Shown in pieces: positions 25,035-38,400 of a DNA stretch of 64,000 bases. Within the stretch, counting starts at the first letter, position 1, and each line of letters begins with the position of its first letter. The position numbers and the translations under genes were made by a program. This DNA is from Eledone cirrhosa (lineage: Eukaryota): positions 406,162,001 to 406,226,000 of the forward strand of contig OZ024741.1 of the NCBI GenBank assembly GCA_964016885.1, given 5' to 3'. The notes under the pieces are model-generated. The model was not told where the DNA came from, searched no databases, and saw nothing but the letters and a program-made list of their open reading frames with translations.

Positions 25035-28000
25035 GGCGACCTACGTAGTAAATCGTATCATCGTGAGCTCCGCAAAGGTTTGTTATTTCCGTTTGTTAAA
25101 AATTGCCATTTATGGAAAATGTTTATTGTTAAATATATATAAGCGCACATGCATTGTTTTCCGAAAAGGACACCCAAAGAGATTGGGGCCTTGTGCCCAA
25201 AATTTAAACTTTTATGATTATCAAAAAATTTCTTTGAAAAAAAAATGGCTAATTCACCTCTGCACCAAAAAGCTGAAAGCCTTCCTCACAAATTAACACC
25301 TCACACCTACACCACCATTGTAAATGATACTACGTTTGCCAACACAAACAATTTAAGCACTAGCAATATTTTAAATTTGTCTCAGGCAGACATTCATTTC
25401 CCGCCATTACCAATGACTGCAGGTGTTAAAGCCGCCACCACCACCACCACCGCGACAACCACCACCTCCACCACCACCGCGACAACAGAAACAAAAGAAG
25501 AAAAAAATTAACTCGTGATGTCGAAATGAAATCAAGCCAAATGGACTCTTCCGCACCAAAGACGACTGACGTCACCACCACCACAACTGAAACTAAAATT
25601 AATAATAACAAAAATAACGATAACAACAACAACAACAATGACATTAAAAAAACCACCCTGAGTTTTGCCAGAGTAGCAAAATAGTGCGAAGCATTTACGG
25701 AGCCCCCCCCCCCCCCACACACACACCTAATAAAATGGAGCATCGGCGCCTATGCACCGTGTCGTATCGAACAATAAATGTAAAATCGCGCCGAGTGGAA
25801 CGGGCATCCGAGTCCCAAATCCAAAAAGCTTTGGGACATGTGTGGGCAAGAAAAACCCACATCAGACGTGGGCAGAAGTATGGAACCGTGGACGTGTTCT
25901 TTGAAACACCAGAGGAGGCTAGAGAACACTCCATGGCCCCATTAAGAAGTGACGACTTCACACTCGTCCCAAGCTATTGTGGCCAGAGACTCGTAAAGAT
26001 CAGGGTGACCCACGTTCCACCGGCCATCGAAATTCCCTGGCTAATAGCGGCCGTCCTCGCCGGCATCGAAGCCAACACAAAGATAATAGCAATAGCAAAA
26101 GAAAAGCAGGAGAACTGGTCCGGATCTGGGATGGAGCTCCTGATCCAAGCGGACCAAAAAAGAATTGAGGAGATCCCAGAGGTAATAGACCTCACTGACG
26201 GCAGCCACCTCACCGTATTTGTCGAGGGCAGAAGGCCTAGGTGTGTCGTTTGTGGTGAAGGAACCCACCTAAGGGCTTTCTGCCCTCAGACTAAAAGGTT
26301 GAGGCCACCTCTCCTATCCACCCCAGTGACTCAACCATCAACATCACCAGTAGCAGAGATGGCAGCAACAACTGTAGCAGCAACAACAGAAGCAACTATA
26401 ACAGCAACAACCCCAGCAACAGTAGCAAAACCAACACCACCACCACCAGCAAAACCAACACCACCACCACCCAACGCTTCAGAACTAGCACCAGCGCCTA
26501 CACCATCCACCACGCCACAACCAAAACTAACGCCTGTGGAGGATTTTCCACTCCTCGGCCTATCACAACTGGAGACAGATTGTGACGACGAGGAGTGGGA
26601 AACGGTATCAGGAAAAAAAAAAAGAAACCAAAAAAGAAAAAATTCTCTTCCTTCCCCCTCCAAAAACAAAATACAGAGGGAAACAAATAAATTAAGAAAC
26701 AAAAGAGTTAGGACAGATATGCCACCATCCACACCAGCATCACCAATCCCATCACCCCAAACACCAACACCATCACCATCATTAACCCCAACACCACCAT
26801 CACCTACACCACAAAAGTCACCAAAATGCGAAACAGAAACAAACCCACAACGAAAGCAAACAAAACAAAACAACCAAAACGATACACACTACACAGCATT
26901 AAATTTGAACAACAAGCAATTATTCTACTACATCCAACACGACACCAGCATCACAGAAAAAGACTACACAACAACCCCAAAATTCACACCACCTCCACAC
27001 ATACAAATCACTCGCATCACACAGAAAACGTACATGACACTGAAACAAAAATTCCCCAAAGACATCGGAGACTTCCGACAAGCACTCTCCAGGAGGATTT
27101 ATAAGGACATCCTTCCTGGGGAGGCCACAAGCAGTGTAAAGGATGGAAAAACGGTCCTTCCTCTACTTTTCTTGGAACGTCTCGCTCTTTAGTGTTAGTG
27201 CGCGACTGGAACGGGATCTTAGATGCACGCTGGGATTGTGTGGGATTAGTGGATAGGGAAGAAGGGTGCAAGAGTCTCACCAACCTGCTCAGGTGTTTTG
27301 AACTGTCTGACAGGTACCGATTGGATTTCCCGAATGTACCAATGTGGACTTGGACAAATCGTATAGGGTCATCCAGATCATATATAGATAGAGTATTTTG
27401 TAGGGAAATAGATAGGTCTAGCATAGGCTGTCCACAATAGTCAGCTACAAGATAGTCAGCTACACGGACCACAAATTCGTAATCTATGTGCTTGACTTAG
27501 ATAGGCTTCATAGACGAGGACTAGGCTACTGGAAGCTAAACGCGTCCTTACCAGCGCGCAAGGCCTACAGAGACCGGATTAGCGAACTAGTTAAGCGGGC
27601 GTTGACGGGGGCCATCGTCAACAACAAGTGGTGGTTTGCTCTGAAAAGAGCAATTAGAATAGAGTCCATTGGGTTTAGTAAGGCTTTAGCAATAGAGAAA
27701 AATAGAGCAGAGGGAGAATTAGTTACAAAATTAGACGAGGCGCTTTGAAAAGGCATCGAACCGACGTACTTGCGGCGAAATTGGCCCTTGACCAATTCTT
27801 CAATGCAAAGCACGAAGGCTGCGTTGTCAGAGCTAGGGTGCGTGCTCTCAGACACGAGGGGACGAAAGCCGTTCAATGGGCCCGAGTGGCGGAGGCGCGT
27901 CGTGGCAACAAAGCCACGATCCGGTCTTTGGTGGACCACGACGGGCGCATGCTACTCGATCCCGGGCAAATGTGTGAAGCTTTTCAGCGACACTTCGCTC

Positions 28001-30452
28001 AACTGTTCGGGGGCAGTGGCGGGCCGGGTCGAGGGATGGACTTTAGTGTCTACCTCGACGGACTGCCGCGGCTCTCGGCCACTGAGGCGGAGTGTTGCGA
28101 AAAGCCGATAACAGCCACTGAAGTACGGGAGGCAATGACTGGCTGCACAAGGGGTAAATCGCCTGGTTTGGATGGTCTGCCCTATGAACTTTACGTACAA
28201 ATGCCAGAGTTGTTCGGAGGCCTCTTGGCGGACGTCTACTGCAACTGGCAACAGAACGGGAGAATTCCCAGCTCTGTGAGCTGAGGAGCGGTGGCGTTGC
28301 TGAGAAAGGATCCGAACAAGGGGGATAACATAGATAATGTTAGGCCCATAACTCTGCTAAACACAGAGTTCAAGATTTTGGCCAAGGTGCTAGCAAAGAG
28401 GTTGGCGCTTGTAGTTGGTGGTCTGGTGGGAGAGGCGCAGACATGCGCCATTCCCGACAGATCCATCCACGACAACCTCCACCTCATGCGATACATCGTA
28501 GAGAGGGTAGCTAGGGAACATGGCATGGGTGGGTCCTTGATCAATTTAGCTCAGTCGAAAGCTTTCGATAGGGTCGACCATCGTTACCTAGCGGCAGTCC
28601 TGAGGGCGGCTGGCTTTGGGCCCGTCTTCAGAGGCTGGATCGCTGCCATGCACAGCGACATCTGCTCTGTGCTGAGAGTGAACGGTCACCTTTCGGAACC
28701 GTTCAACATCATGCGCTCGGTCCGCCAAATATGTCCCCTCTCGTTCCTATTGTACGTATTGACTCTCGAGCCATTACTGCACAAACTGGAGACGTTGAGG
28801 GGGGTCCCGCGCGAACTAGGATGCAGAAGATCCGTGTCAGCATATGCGGACAATGTCACCGTAGTGGTGTCGAACGCCAAACACATCGAGGCGATCGGCA
28901 CTACACTAAGAGAATACGAAGCGGTGACAGGAGCAATGATCAACCAGAAAAAGTCAGTGGGCCTGCAACTCAGCACCTGGAGAGGCAGGTCCATGCCGTC
29001 CAACATCGTCGTTGGGCGCTGGACGGACGGACCGGTTAAATTGCTAGGGGTCTGCTTCGGTCCAGACCTCCAGACGGACAAAAACTGGGACGAATTGACG
29101 AGCAGGGTGGCTTCTCTCACCCAGAAATGGGCCGAGAGGAAGCTATCCCTGAAAGGTCGAGCGGAGGTGGCTAACGCGTACATCGCATCCGTCATCTACT
29201 ACTGCCTGACCGTCGTACCATGTCCTAAGCCCCGCCTGACTGCCCTGGAGCGTTTGCTCTTTCGCTTTTTGTGGAAGGGACGCACTCCGATGGTTAGGCG
29301 GTCCATCTGCTGTCAACACCCGCTACGTGGAGGGCTGGGCATGCCGTGGCTGATGATGCGCAGATACGCGCTCAGGCTACGACATCTCCACCTCTTCCTC
29401 GACGGTGATCAGGTGTGGTCGCCGTTTGCTAGACACGTCTTTCCCCAGCTCGTCTCCTTGACGGAGCTGCAGTCCTGGGTCAAGCGAAGACCGAGAGGGA
29501 GCGCTTGGAGACTGGAATGTCTTCAGGCGCTCACAGCCCTCGACCAATCGGGCAATGTGATCGGTGGAAACTCCACCTTGGCGTTCTATAGGGGATTAGT
29601 GGAGGGGAAGAGCGACGACGTACTTGGAGAAACTCTAGGCGTCGACGAAAATCAACTAGCCAATCTCTTCGGAAGGACTTTCGGGCCGGGGCCTATGGAC
29701 AACTTCCAGAAATCCCTGGCCTGGCAGTGCTACCGAGGAGCTTTGCCAGTTCGGGATAAACTCTACAGGCATGGAGGTGCCGTCAGCCGGGCATGTCCGA
29801 GATGCGCGCAGGGCGACGAAACCGTCCTGCACGCACTCGTCCAGTGTCCGAGCATTGCTGACTTGTGGGTTTATGTCGAACACCTGCTGTCACGTGTAGG
29901 ACGGATCCAGCTATCAGCTGAGTCCATCGTGATGATTGCCTCGCCCTCTTCCTTTAGCCGGGAAGGGCAGGCAGTTTTTATCTGTCTGGTGGCCATGGCG
30001 AAAGAGATAGTATGGTGGACACGTTTGAAAGGGCTGAAGACGAGCACTTACCTCTTCGGTGATGCCCTGATTAACTTTTTCAAATTTCATTTGAAAAGGA
30101 AAATCAGGGTAGAGAGGGAAGTGCTCTCTTCCCAGCATTTTGTTAAAAGATGGGTGAGAGAAGCAAGTATGGCCCGAATGAATGGGCCTTCTCTGAGTAT
30201 GTGTCTGTAAATTAAAGGTGGATAACTGGGAGAGGGCACTTGCCCTGGTGGTCAGGGTCACTGTGGTCTTTTAATGGGCTTTCTCCACAAATGTCCCTCG
30301 GAAGTCTCCCCCCTATTGGGGAATTTTTCTTTGTTATTTTATTACATCCTCTGTTTTTTTACACGCCGAAATGCCCATTTGTACCGTCCTGTATTGTCCT
30401 GTACTGTCCTTAATGTCTACTTTATGTAAACCCTTGTGGTTAATAAAGAAAA

Positions 30453-30453
<1 letters not shown>
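25035..30453 (+). mobile_element. Tx1-clade LINE, ORF1 type A, defective
   Basis: ORF1 zinc knuckle CVVCGEGTHLRAFC; APE and RT fragments with stops and a YADN motif; ~430-bp deletion at ~27166 removes the ORF1/ORF2 junction. Confidence 0.92.
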
Positions 30454-30487
<34 letters not shown>

Positions 30488-30488
<1 letters not shown>

Positions 30489-33400
30489 AGTTGCATTTAT
30501 CTTGCTTTATGTTCATACGAGTTATCACCAAGTCACAACCAGTGACCTCAAGAGACATCAAGGTCCGCCATGTTCAAGAAAGAACATACATACTCACACA
30601 TGCATCTTTAGTGTTTAGACTTGTGATGTACTTATATTGACAGAATCTTCCTTAGTATATGGGCAGTTCCCATTAGTACTATCTTTTGTATTTCTCCTAT
30701 ACGCGGATTTCCTGGGATTTGCGATAAGTAATCATTAGACCCCTTAGGTATCATTCCCAGAGCGCCTACAACCACTGGTATTGTTTTAGTTCTCAATTTC
30801 CACATTTTTCCAATTTCTATCTCGAGGTCCTTATACTTGCTCAATTTTTCAAATGTGTTTATAGATACATTCTTGTCTATTGGAACAGACATATCAATTA
30901 GCAGGCATACCCTCTTTTTAAAGTCCTTCAATATTATATCAGGTCTATTTGCATCTATTTTTCGGTCTGTTTGGATGCTAAAGTTCCACAAGATTGAGAT
31001 GTGATCTTTTTCAAGTATGGGAGGTGGTTGATGCTCCCACCAATTCTTTTGATAGGGCAGGTCAAAATGCTTACACATTATCCAATGTATGTATTGTGCA
31101 GCTCTGTCATGCCTGTTTAGGTATTCGGTTGGAGCTATAGGACTGCACATTGAATTTATATGGTCAATGATCTCTGGTTGTTTTTTGCATACACGGCATA
31201 ATGGGCTGCATCCATTTTTTATTATGTTGGCTTGGTAATTTTTTGTTGGCAGACACTGATCTTGTGCTGATATAATCAGTCCTTCAGTCTCCGATTTCAG
31301 TCCAGAGGATGCCAACCACTGATGGGTTAAAGTTTTGTCAACATCAGGATTGTTAGCTCGCTCTGGGTATTTTCCATACAGAGGCTTTTCTTGCCATTTC
31401 TTAGCCAGTTTCTGTAGCAGTTCTTTCTTTGCAGTTACTTCTACCTGCTTTGCTTTTTCTGTGTTTTCCATTTCAGCAGTAAATGGGACTTCTGAAATTT
31501 GTAGTCCATTACTGTTTCTTTGTGCATCTTTTGTAATGGAATATGATCTTTTGATGCTTTCGTGTTTCAAAACGAGTTTGATCATCCAATCATGTGATTC
31601 CCTTAGATATGTAGATAATCCAATTGTTGCAGTTTTCAACGCAATGTCTAACTGGATTAACCCACGTCCTCCTTCTTTCCTAGGGAGATATATTCTATCT
31701 ATATCTGCCTTAGGGTGATGCATTCTGTGCATGGTTAAGAATTTTCTCATTTTTGTATCGAGCCTACGGATCTCTGTGCTTAACCAGTTGATGACATTGT
31801 AACTGTAGGTTACTACTGGTATGGCAAGCGTGTTTATGGCATCGATCCAATTCCTTGCATTCAATTCCGTTCTTAAGATTGCTCTTACTCTGCGGTAACA
31901 TTCCTTCCTTATCCTTTCCCTCATTGTTGAGTGCTTGATTCCGTCTCCTTCACAAACACCTAGATATTTGTAAGTTTTTTTCTTGATCATGTCCTCTTAT
32001 CACGTTCCTCCGATCAAGATTAATGTCTGAACTCTTCAGCAGCTTTCCTCTGGTGAACGTTGCTTTGGCGCATTTATCTAGTCCAAACTCCATTTTAATG
32101 TCATCACTGAACTGCTCCACAGTGGATAATAGCCCTTGCAATTGTTCATCATTTTTTGCAAATAGTTTCAGGTCATCCATGTAGAACAGGTGATTAATGG
32201 TTTTGTCATAGACTTTATATCCATGTTTTGTTTCATTGAGCATTTTACTTAATGGTATAAGTGCGATGCAGAATAAAAGCGGTGATAAAGAGTCACCCTG
32301 AAAAATTCCACAATTAATATTAATTTCTCCAGCTTCCAGTGATTTTGTTTCACTATTCAAAAGGAGTGTCGTTTTCCATGTCTTCATACTGAATGACAAA
32401 AACCTCCTGACAACGGGGGATATTTTGAAAATCTCTAAACATTTTGCAATCCAACTGTGTGGCAAACTATCGAATGCTTTTTTATAATCTATCCAAGCAA
32501 TCGATAGATTTTTGTGTCTATTATGACAATCTTCCAGTATCATTTTGTTAACCAGAAGCTGATCCTTACAGCCATATGAGCCTCGTTTACACCCTTTCTG
32601 CTCAATGGGAAATAGGTCATTTGTTATCAGGTAGTCATATGTGTATTCAGTTAGGACTGATGTTAAAATTTTATACATTGTGGTCAAGCAAGTTATCGGT
32701 CTGTAATTTTTGGGATTGTTTGTCTCATCATTCTTCGGAAGCAGGAATGTAATGCCGTTAACTAGCCATGATGGTATCTTTTCTGGCTCCTTAACTATTT
32801 CATTGTAAAGTTGGGCTAACAGCTCATGAGACTCTGTGAAGGCATTTATCCAAAAGTTTTGTATTTTGTCTTTTCCTGGAGATTTCCATTTGCTGGTTTT
32901 TCTTAGAGCCAAGCGCAACTGTTCAACTGTTATATTTTCCCATATTTGTTCCTCAAGGGGAGCTGTATTTTTCATTTGTCTGTCTATCCATGGGGCATGT
33001 ATGTTATGAACTTTTTCTTCGGCCCAGATCTTTTCCCAGAATTCTTGCACTTCCTCCTTGGGTGGTATTGATTTAGCAGCTATTGTTGACTTACCAATTT
33101 TCCTGTAGAAGTTTCTTTGGTTGTTTTTGAACATATTATTGTCCTTATAGAATCTAGATCGTTTTCAAAGCGCTTATACGAGCAGCTTTGGCCGACACTT
33201 TTTGCTTGATTATTTCTATCAGCATGTCTATGTCACATGTTGATTTTATACTGTACTTTTTTTTCAATTTTCTATAAGTTTAGTTTGTTTAACATGTTCA
33301 CCTACTTTATAGTTTGTTAAAATTTCTGTCAGATCGGAGAAGGTTTATTTGGCGATTGATGTTCTCTTGCCAAGTAGATTTCTTGTGGGAATTCCTTTGT

Positions 33401-35424
33401 TTTTTCATCTTCACTCCACAGAAGTGAGTGGTGACTTTAGCCGATGCATAATAGAGATGATTTAAATCAGTAATGTTTAGTTTGTTTGTGATGATAATGT
33501 TTTTGAGAATTATGTTAGTCTTGTGTATTATCTTTTGGTTCTGTTTGGAGTTCTGGATCTTAGGGAGGGTGTCTCGTTGCCCCATGTCAGATTCTTTCAT
33601 TTTCATCCATTCGATCATAATTTCATCCTTCAAGTTGGCAAGTTCATTCTCATTCATTTCTTTATCATTTACGATCTCACTATTTTCATTTGGAGTTTCA
33701 TCCTGAGCATGCACTCCCTCCACTTTTTCGACCTTTCTTTAATTTGTTCTGTTGCCAGTGATTCCGCCCCAACCCTGGGGTTCGAAGTGTTACAGTTTAC
33801 CTCGTTTTCACTGACACATGTTTCATTTTCCTTTCGCTGACTTTGTGCTAATATCTTGATCTGATCAATTTCTATATCAGTTAGTAACTTTTTTCTTACA
33901 ATATTTCTTCGTATATTGGCTAGTTTGTTACTGTCAATATAGCCTCTGTTTTCGGGATGTTTCTTTTTACAGTTGATATATGTCTGTTCTGTATTCGATG
34001 TATTTGATGGGTAATACATGGCAGTGTAGAAAGCCTCAAGGACTTCTTTATTATCTTCCCTTGACCATTTTTCTCTCTTTTTCTTTGGATTTCTTGGTGG
34101 TGAGCATGGAGGGCCAACAGTAGGAGTATTCCGGTTATGGGAGGTCTCCAGCTCCGAAGTGATGGGAAGGTTTGAACCATTAGCTGATTTTTCGACCCCA
34201 GTCTGGTTCCTCTCTGAGGGACGCGGCCCTTTTTTACCCGGGTGACGGCCGATCCGGTATGAGATTTTATCATTAGACATTTACTTTATTTTGTCGCGTT
34301 TTATCCTTATCCGCCAAGGGGTAATCATTTCGTGTTACCACTTCTAGAACGAGTGTCAACCAAGACTAGAGGGGTCGTTCTCCCCTAGAGACACGGCTAT
34401 TCCCCGCCGGCCCCCATCCCGGTATTTCTTGGTCACGGGGTTTTCTTTTTGTTGTTTTTTTAAATTGTTATTATCATGAGTGGTTCCTTAATGTGAGCAT
34501 TGCGTGGCTTAAGAATGAAATTATTAATAATTGTCTCCACTCCAGGCACAAGGCCAGCAATCACCCAGTGCATTACAATAATATAATATACTTTTTGCTG
34601 TAGTTGCCTGTTATTATTGTAGGCTATCGGTGGTGGTGCCGGGGCTTTTTATATTGTTGGTGAGGAAGGGGTGAGCCAGCAGTCCCATAGTTGTTGATGT
34701 TGACGTTTGGCCGGTGGCCAGGTCACTAAGTCAATCTATTTATATCTGTTGCTAGCCTCTCCCTTGTCTAGTGATACCGCCACCTTCCCCTTTCTCTCTC
34801 AAGTTAACAGGGGAATAGTAGTGGTAGCAATGAAGGAGTGGTGGCGGCGGCGATGGGATAGTGGTAGCAATGATGGATGGGGTGGTGGCGGCGGTGGCGT
34901 TGTGGTTACTGAGTTTTGTGATATGTATTATCTATGAGTTTGTGTTCGTATGTTTAATATATATTGTGTTGACATATTCCCGTAAAATTGGAATTAAACA
35001 TTTTGTTAAAATTTGAGACAATAATAATAGTAATTATTATTATGATGCTGGGATTGATGGTGGTGGTGGTGAAATTGCCGTTATCTGGCTGTTATATTTA
35101 GTGTGATGGAATAGGTGGTGTATCAAGTTTCTGGTGTTGGTGAAATTGCTGTTATTTGGCTGTTCTATATAGTGTAGACAGAGGGTGTTTTCTTCCATTT
35201 ATAACCATTTTCTTTTTTTGAATACAAAATATATAATACAAAATTGAATATTTGAGCGATATAACAATATAATATGGATCCGAAATTTTATGGGACTTCA
35301 TTCGGTGGTTTATGCAACATTTGTACTAAGAATTGTTATTTCACAATTGATTTAAATATGTTAAAAATCAAAAACTTACGGGAGCGATTTCATGACCTTC
35401 TACCACCTTGTGCGTCTTCTTCCC
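30488..35424 (-). mobile_element. R4/Dong-like element, family A, near full length and frameshifted
   Basis: ORF pieces 34280-33669, 33723-33307, 33134-31950 (IDYKKAFDS, GIFQGDSLSP, YMDD) and 31990-30632 (CCHC, RHD, RPD..IDMSVP). The 5' boundary is uncertain between ~34470 and 35424. Confidence 0.88.
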
Positions 35425-35447
35425 TTATTATTATTATTATTATTATT

Positions 35448-38400
35448 GGCGACCTACGTAGTAAATCGTATCATCGTGAGCTCCGCAAATGTTTGTTATT
35501 TCCGTTTGTTAAAAATTGCCATTTATGGAAAATTTTATTGTTAACTGTTTATAAGCACACATACATTGTTTTCCGAAAAGGACACCCAAAAACATTGGGG
35601 CCTTGTGCCCAAAATTTTAACTTTTATTATTATCAAAATATTTCTTTGAAGAAAAAACGGCTAATTCACCTCTGCAACAAGCAGCTGAAAGCCTTCCTCA
35701 CAAATTAACACCTCACACCGACACCACCATTGTAAATGTTACTACGTTTGCCAACACAAAAAAAAATATAAGCAGTAGCAATATTTTAAATTTGTCTCAG
35801 GCAGACATTCATTTCCCGCCATTACCAATGACTGCAGGTGTTAAAGCCTCCACCACCACCACCACCGCGACAACAGAAACAAAAGAAGAAAAAAAATTAA
35901 CTCGTGATGTCGAAATGAAATCAAGCAAAATGGACTCTTCCGCACCAAAGACGACTGACGTCACCACCACCACAACTGAAACTAAAATTAATATTAACAC
36001 AAATAACGATAGCAACAACAACAACAATGACATTATAAAACCGACCCTCAGTTTCGCCATAGTAGCAAAACAGTTCGAAGCATTCACGGTAACTCAGGAG
36101 GATTTAGAAAATGCAAAACAAATGGTAAAGAAAGATGGATACAGGGTCAGCCTCACCCCCCCCCCCCCACCTAATAAAATGGAGCATCGGCGCCTATGCA
36201 CCGTGTCGTATAGAACAATAAATGTAAAATCGCGCCGAGTGGAACGGGCATCCGAGTCCCAAATCCAAAAAGCTTTGGGACATGTGTGGGCAAGAAAAAC
36301 CCACATCAGACGTGGGCAGAAGTATGGAACCGTGGACGTGTTCTTTGAAACACCAGAGGAGGCTAGAGGACACTCCATGGCCCCATTAAGAAGTGACGAC
36401 TTCACACTCGTCCCAAGCTATTGTGGCCAGAGACTCGTAAAGATCAGGGTGACCCACGTTCCACCGGCCATCGAAATTCCCTGGCTAATAGCGGCCGTCC
36501 TCGCCGGCATCGAAGCCAACACAAAGATAATAGCAATAGCAAAAGAAAAGCAGGAGAACTGGTCCGGATCTGGGAGGGAGCTCCTGATCCAAGCGGACCA
36601 AAAAAGAATTGAGGAGATCCCAGAGGTAATAGACCTCACTGACGGCAGCCACCTCACCGTATTTGTCGAGGGCAGAAGGCCTAGGTGTGTCGTTTATGGT
36701 GAAGGAACCCACCTAAGGGCTTTCTGCCCTCAGACTAAAAGGTTGAGGCCACCTCTCCTACCCACCCCAGTGACACAACCATCAACACCACCAGTAGCAG
36801 AGAGGGCAGCAACAACTGTAGCAGCAACAACAGAAGCAACTATAACAGCAACAACCCCAGCAACAGTAGCAAAACCAACACCACTACCACCACCAGCAAA
36901 ACCAACACCACCACCACCCAACGCTTCAGAACTAGCACCAGCGCCTACACCATCCACCACACCACAACCAGAACTAACGGCTGTGGCGGATTTTCCACTC
37001 CCCGGCCTATCACAACTGGAGACAGATTGTGACGACGAGGAGTGGGAAACGATATCCGGAAAAAAAAAAAAGAAACCAAAAAAGAAAAATTCTCTTCCTT
37101 CCCCCTCCAAAAACAAAATACAGAGGGAAACAAATAAATTAAGAAACAAAAAAGTTAGGACAGATATGCCACCATCCACACCAGCATCACCAACCCCATC
37201 AACCCAAACACCATCACCATCACCATCATTAACCCCAACACCACCATCACCTACACCACAAAAGTCACCAAAATGCGAAACAGAAACAAACCCACAACAA
37301 ACGCAAACAAAACAAAACAACGAAAACGATACACACTACACAGCATTAAATTTTAACAACAAGCAATTATTACACTACATCCAACACAACACCAGCATCA
37401 CAGAAAAAGACTACACAACAACCCCAAAATTCACACCACCTCCATACATACAAATCACTCGCATCACACAGAAAACGTACATGACACTAAAACAAAAATT
37501 CCCCAAAGACATCGGAGACTTCCGACAAGCACTCTCCAGGAGGATTTATAAGGACATCCTTCCTGAGGAGGCCACAAGCAGTGAAAAGGATGGAAAAACC
37601 GTCCTTCCCCTACGAAAAGTAAGGTAAGTGGTCTTTCCCATCTTTTCCACTCCTTTTCAACATGACCTCACTCAGAATAGGCAGCATAAAAGCGCGTGGC
37701 TTGGGGTCGTCATGGAAGCAGGGCCACCTGCTCAACGACCTCAGGTCACTAAACATAGATGTAGTGGCCATCAGCGAGACCAGAATCTCCGAAGCACAGG
37801 CTTTCGCACCGATCTTCGGCGGCTACGATGTGTACGCATCTCCCAGCCGTCCGGGATCGGGGGGAGGAGTTGCTGTGCTTTTTCGGAGAGGTTTGGATCT
37901 TGCCATACGGGCCATCTTCCTGGACCCAGAAGGTAAGTTGGTGGTGCTGGACGTGACCAGCAGAGACGGGCAAGCTTTCAGGTTAGTGGCCGTCCATGCC
38001 CCGACAGGAGCAGGGCGGCCTGATTTCTGGAGACATTTCTTAGAACGTCCCGCTCTTTAGTGTTAGTGGGCGACTGGAACGGGATCTTAGATGCACGCTG
38101 GGATTGTGTGGGATTAGTGGATAGGGAAGGAGGATGCAAGAGTCTCACCAACCTGCTCAGACGTTTTGAACTGTCTGACAGGTACCGAATGGATTTCCCG
38201 AATGTACCAATGTGGACTTGGACAAATCGCATAGGGTCATCCAGATCATATCTAGATAGAGTATTTTGTAGGGAAATAGATAGGTCTAGCATAGGCTGTC
38301 CACAATTCAAGATAGTCAGCTACACGGACCACAATTTCGTGATCTGTGTGCTTGACTTAGATAGGCTTCATAGACGAGGACCCGGCTACTGGAAGCTAAA

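Noticed and set aside
27160-27175. Deletion spanning the ORF1/ORF2 junction as evidence of a spliced, retrotransposed copy
   Set aside because: It removes ~430 bp, starts ~10 nt before the GTAAGT donor and lacks GT-AG ends.
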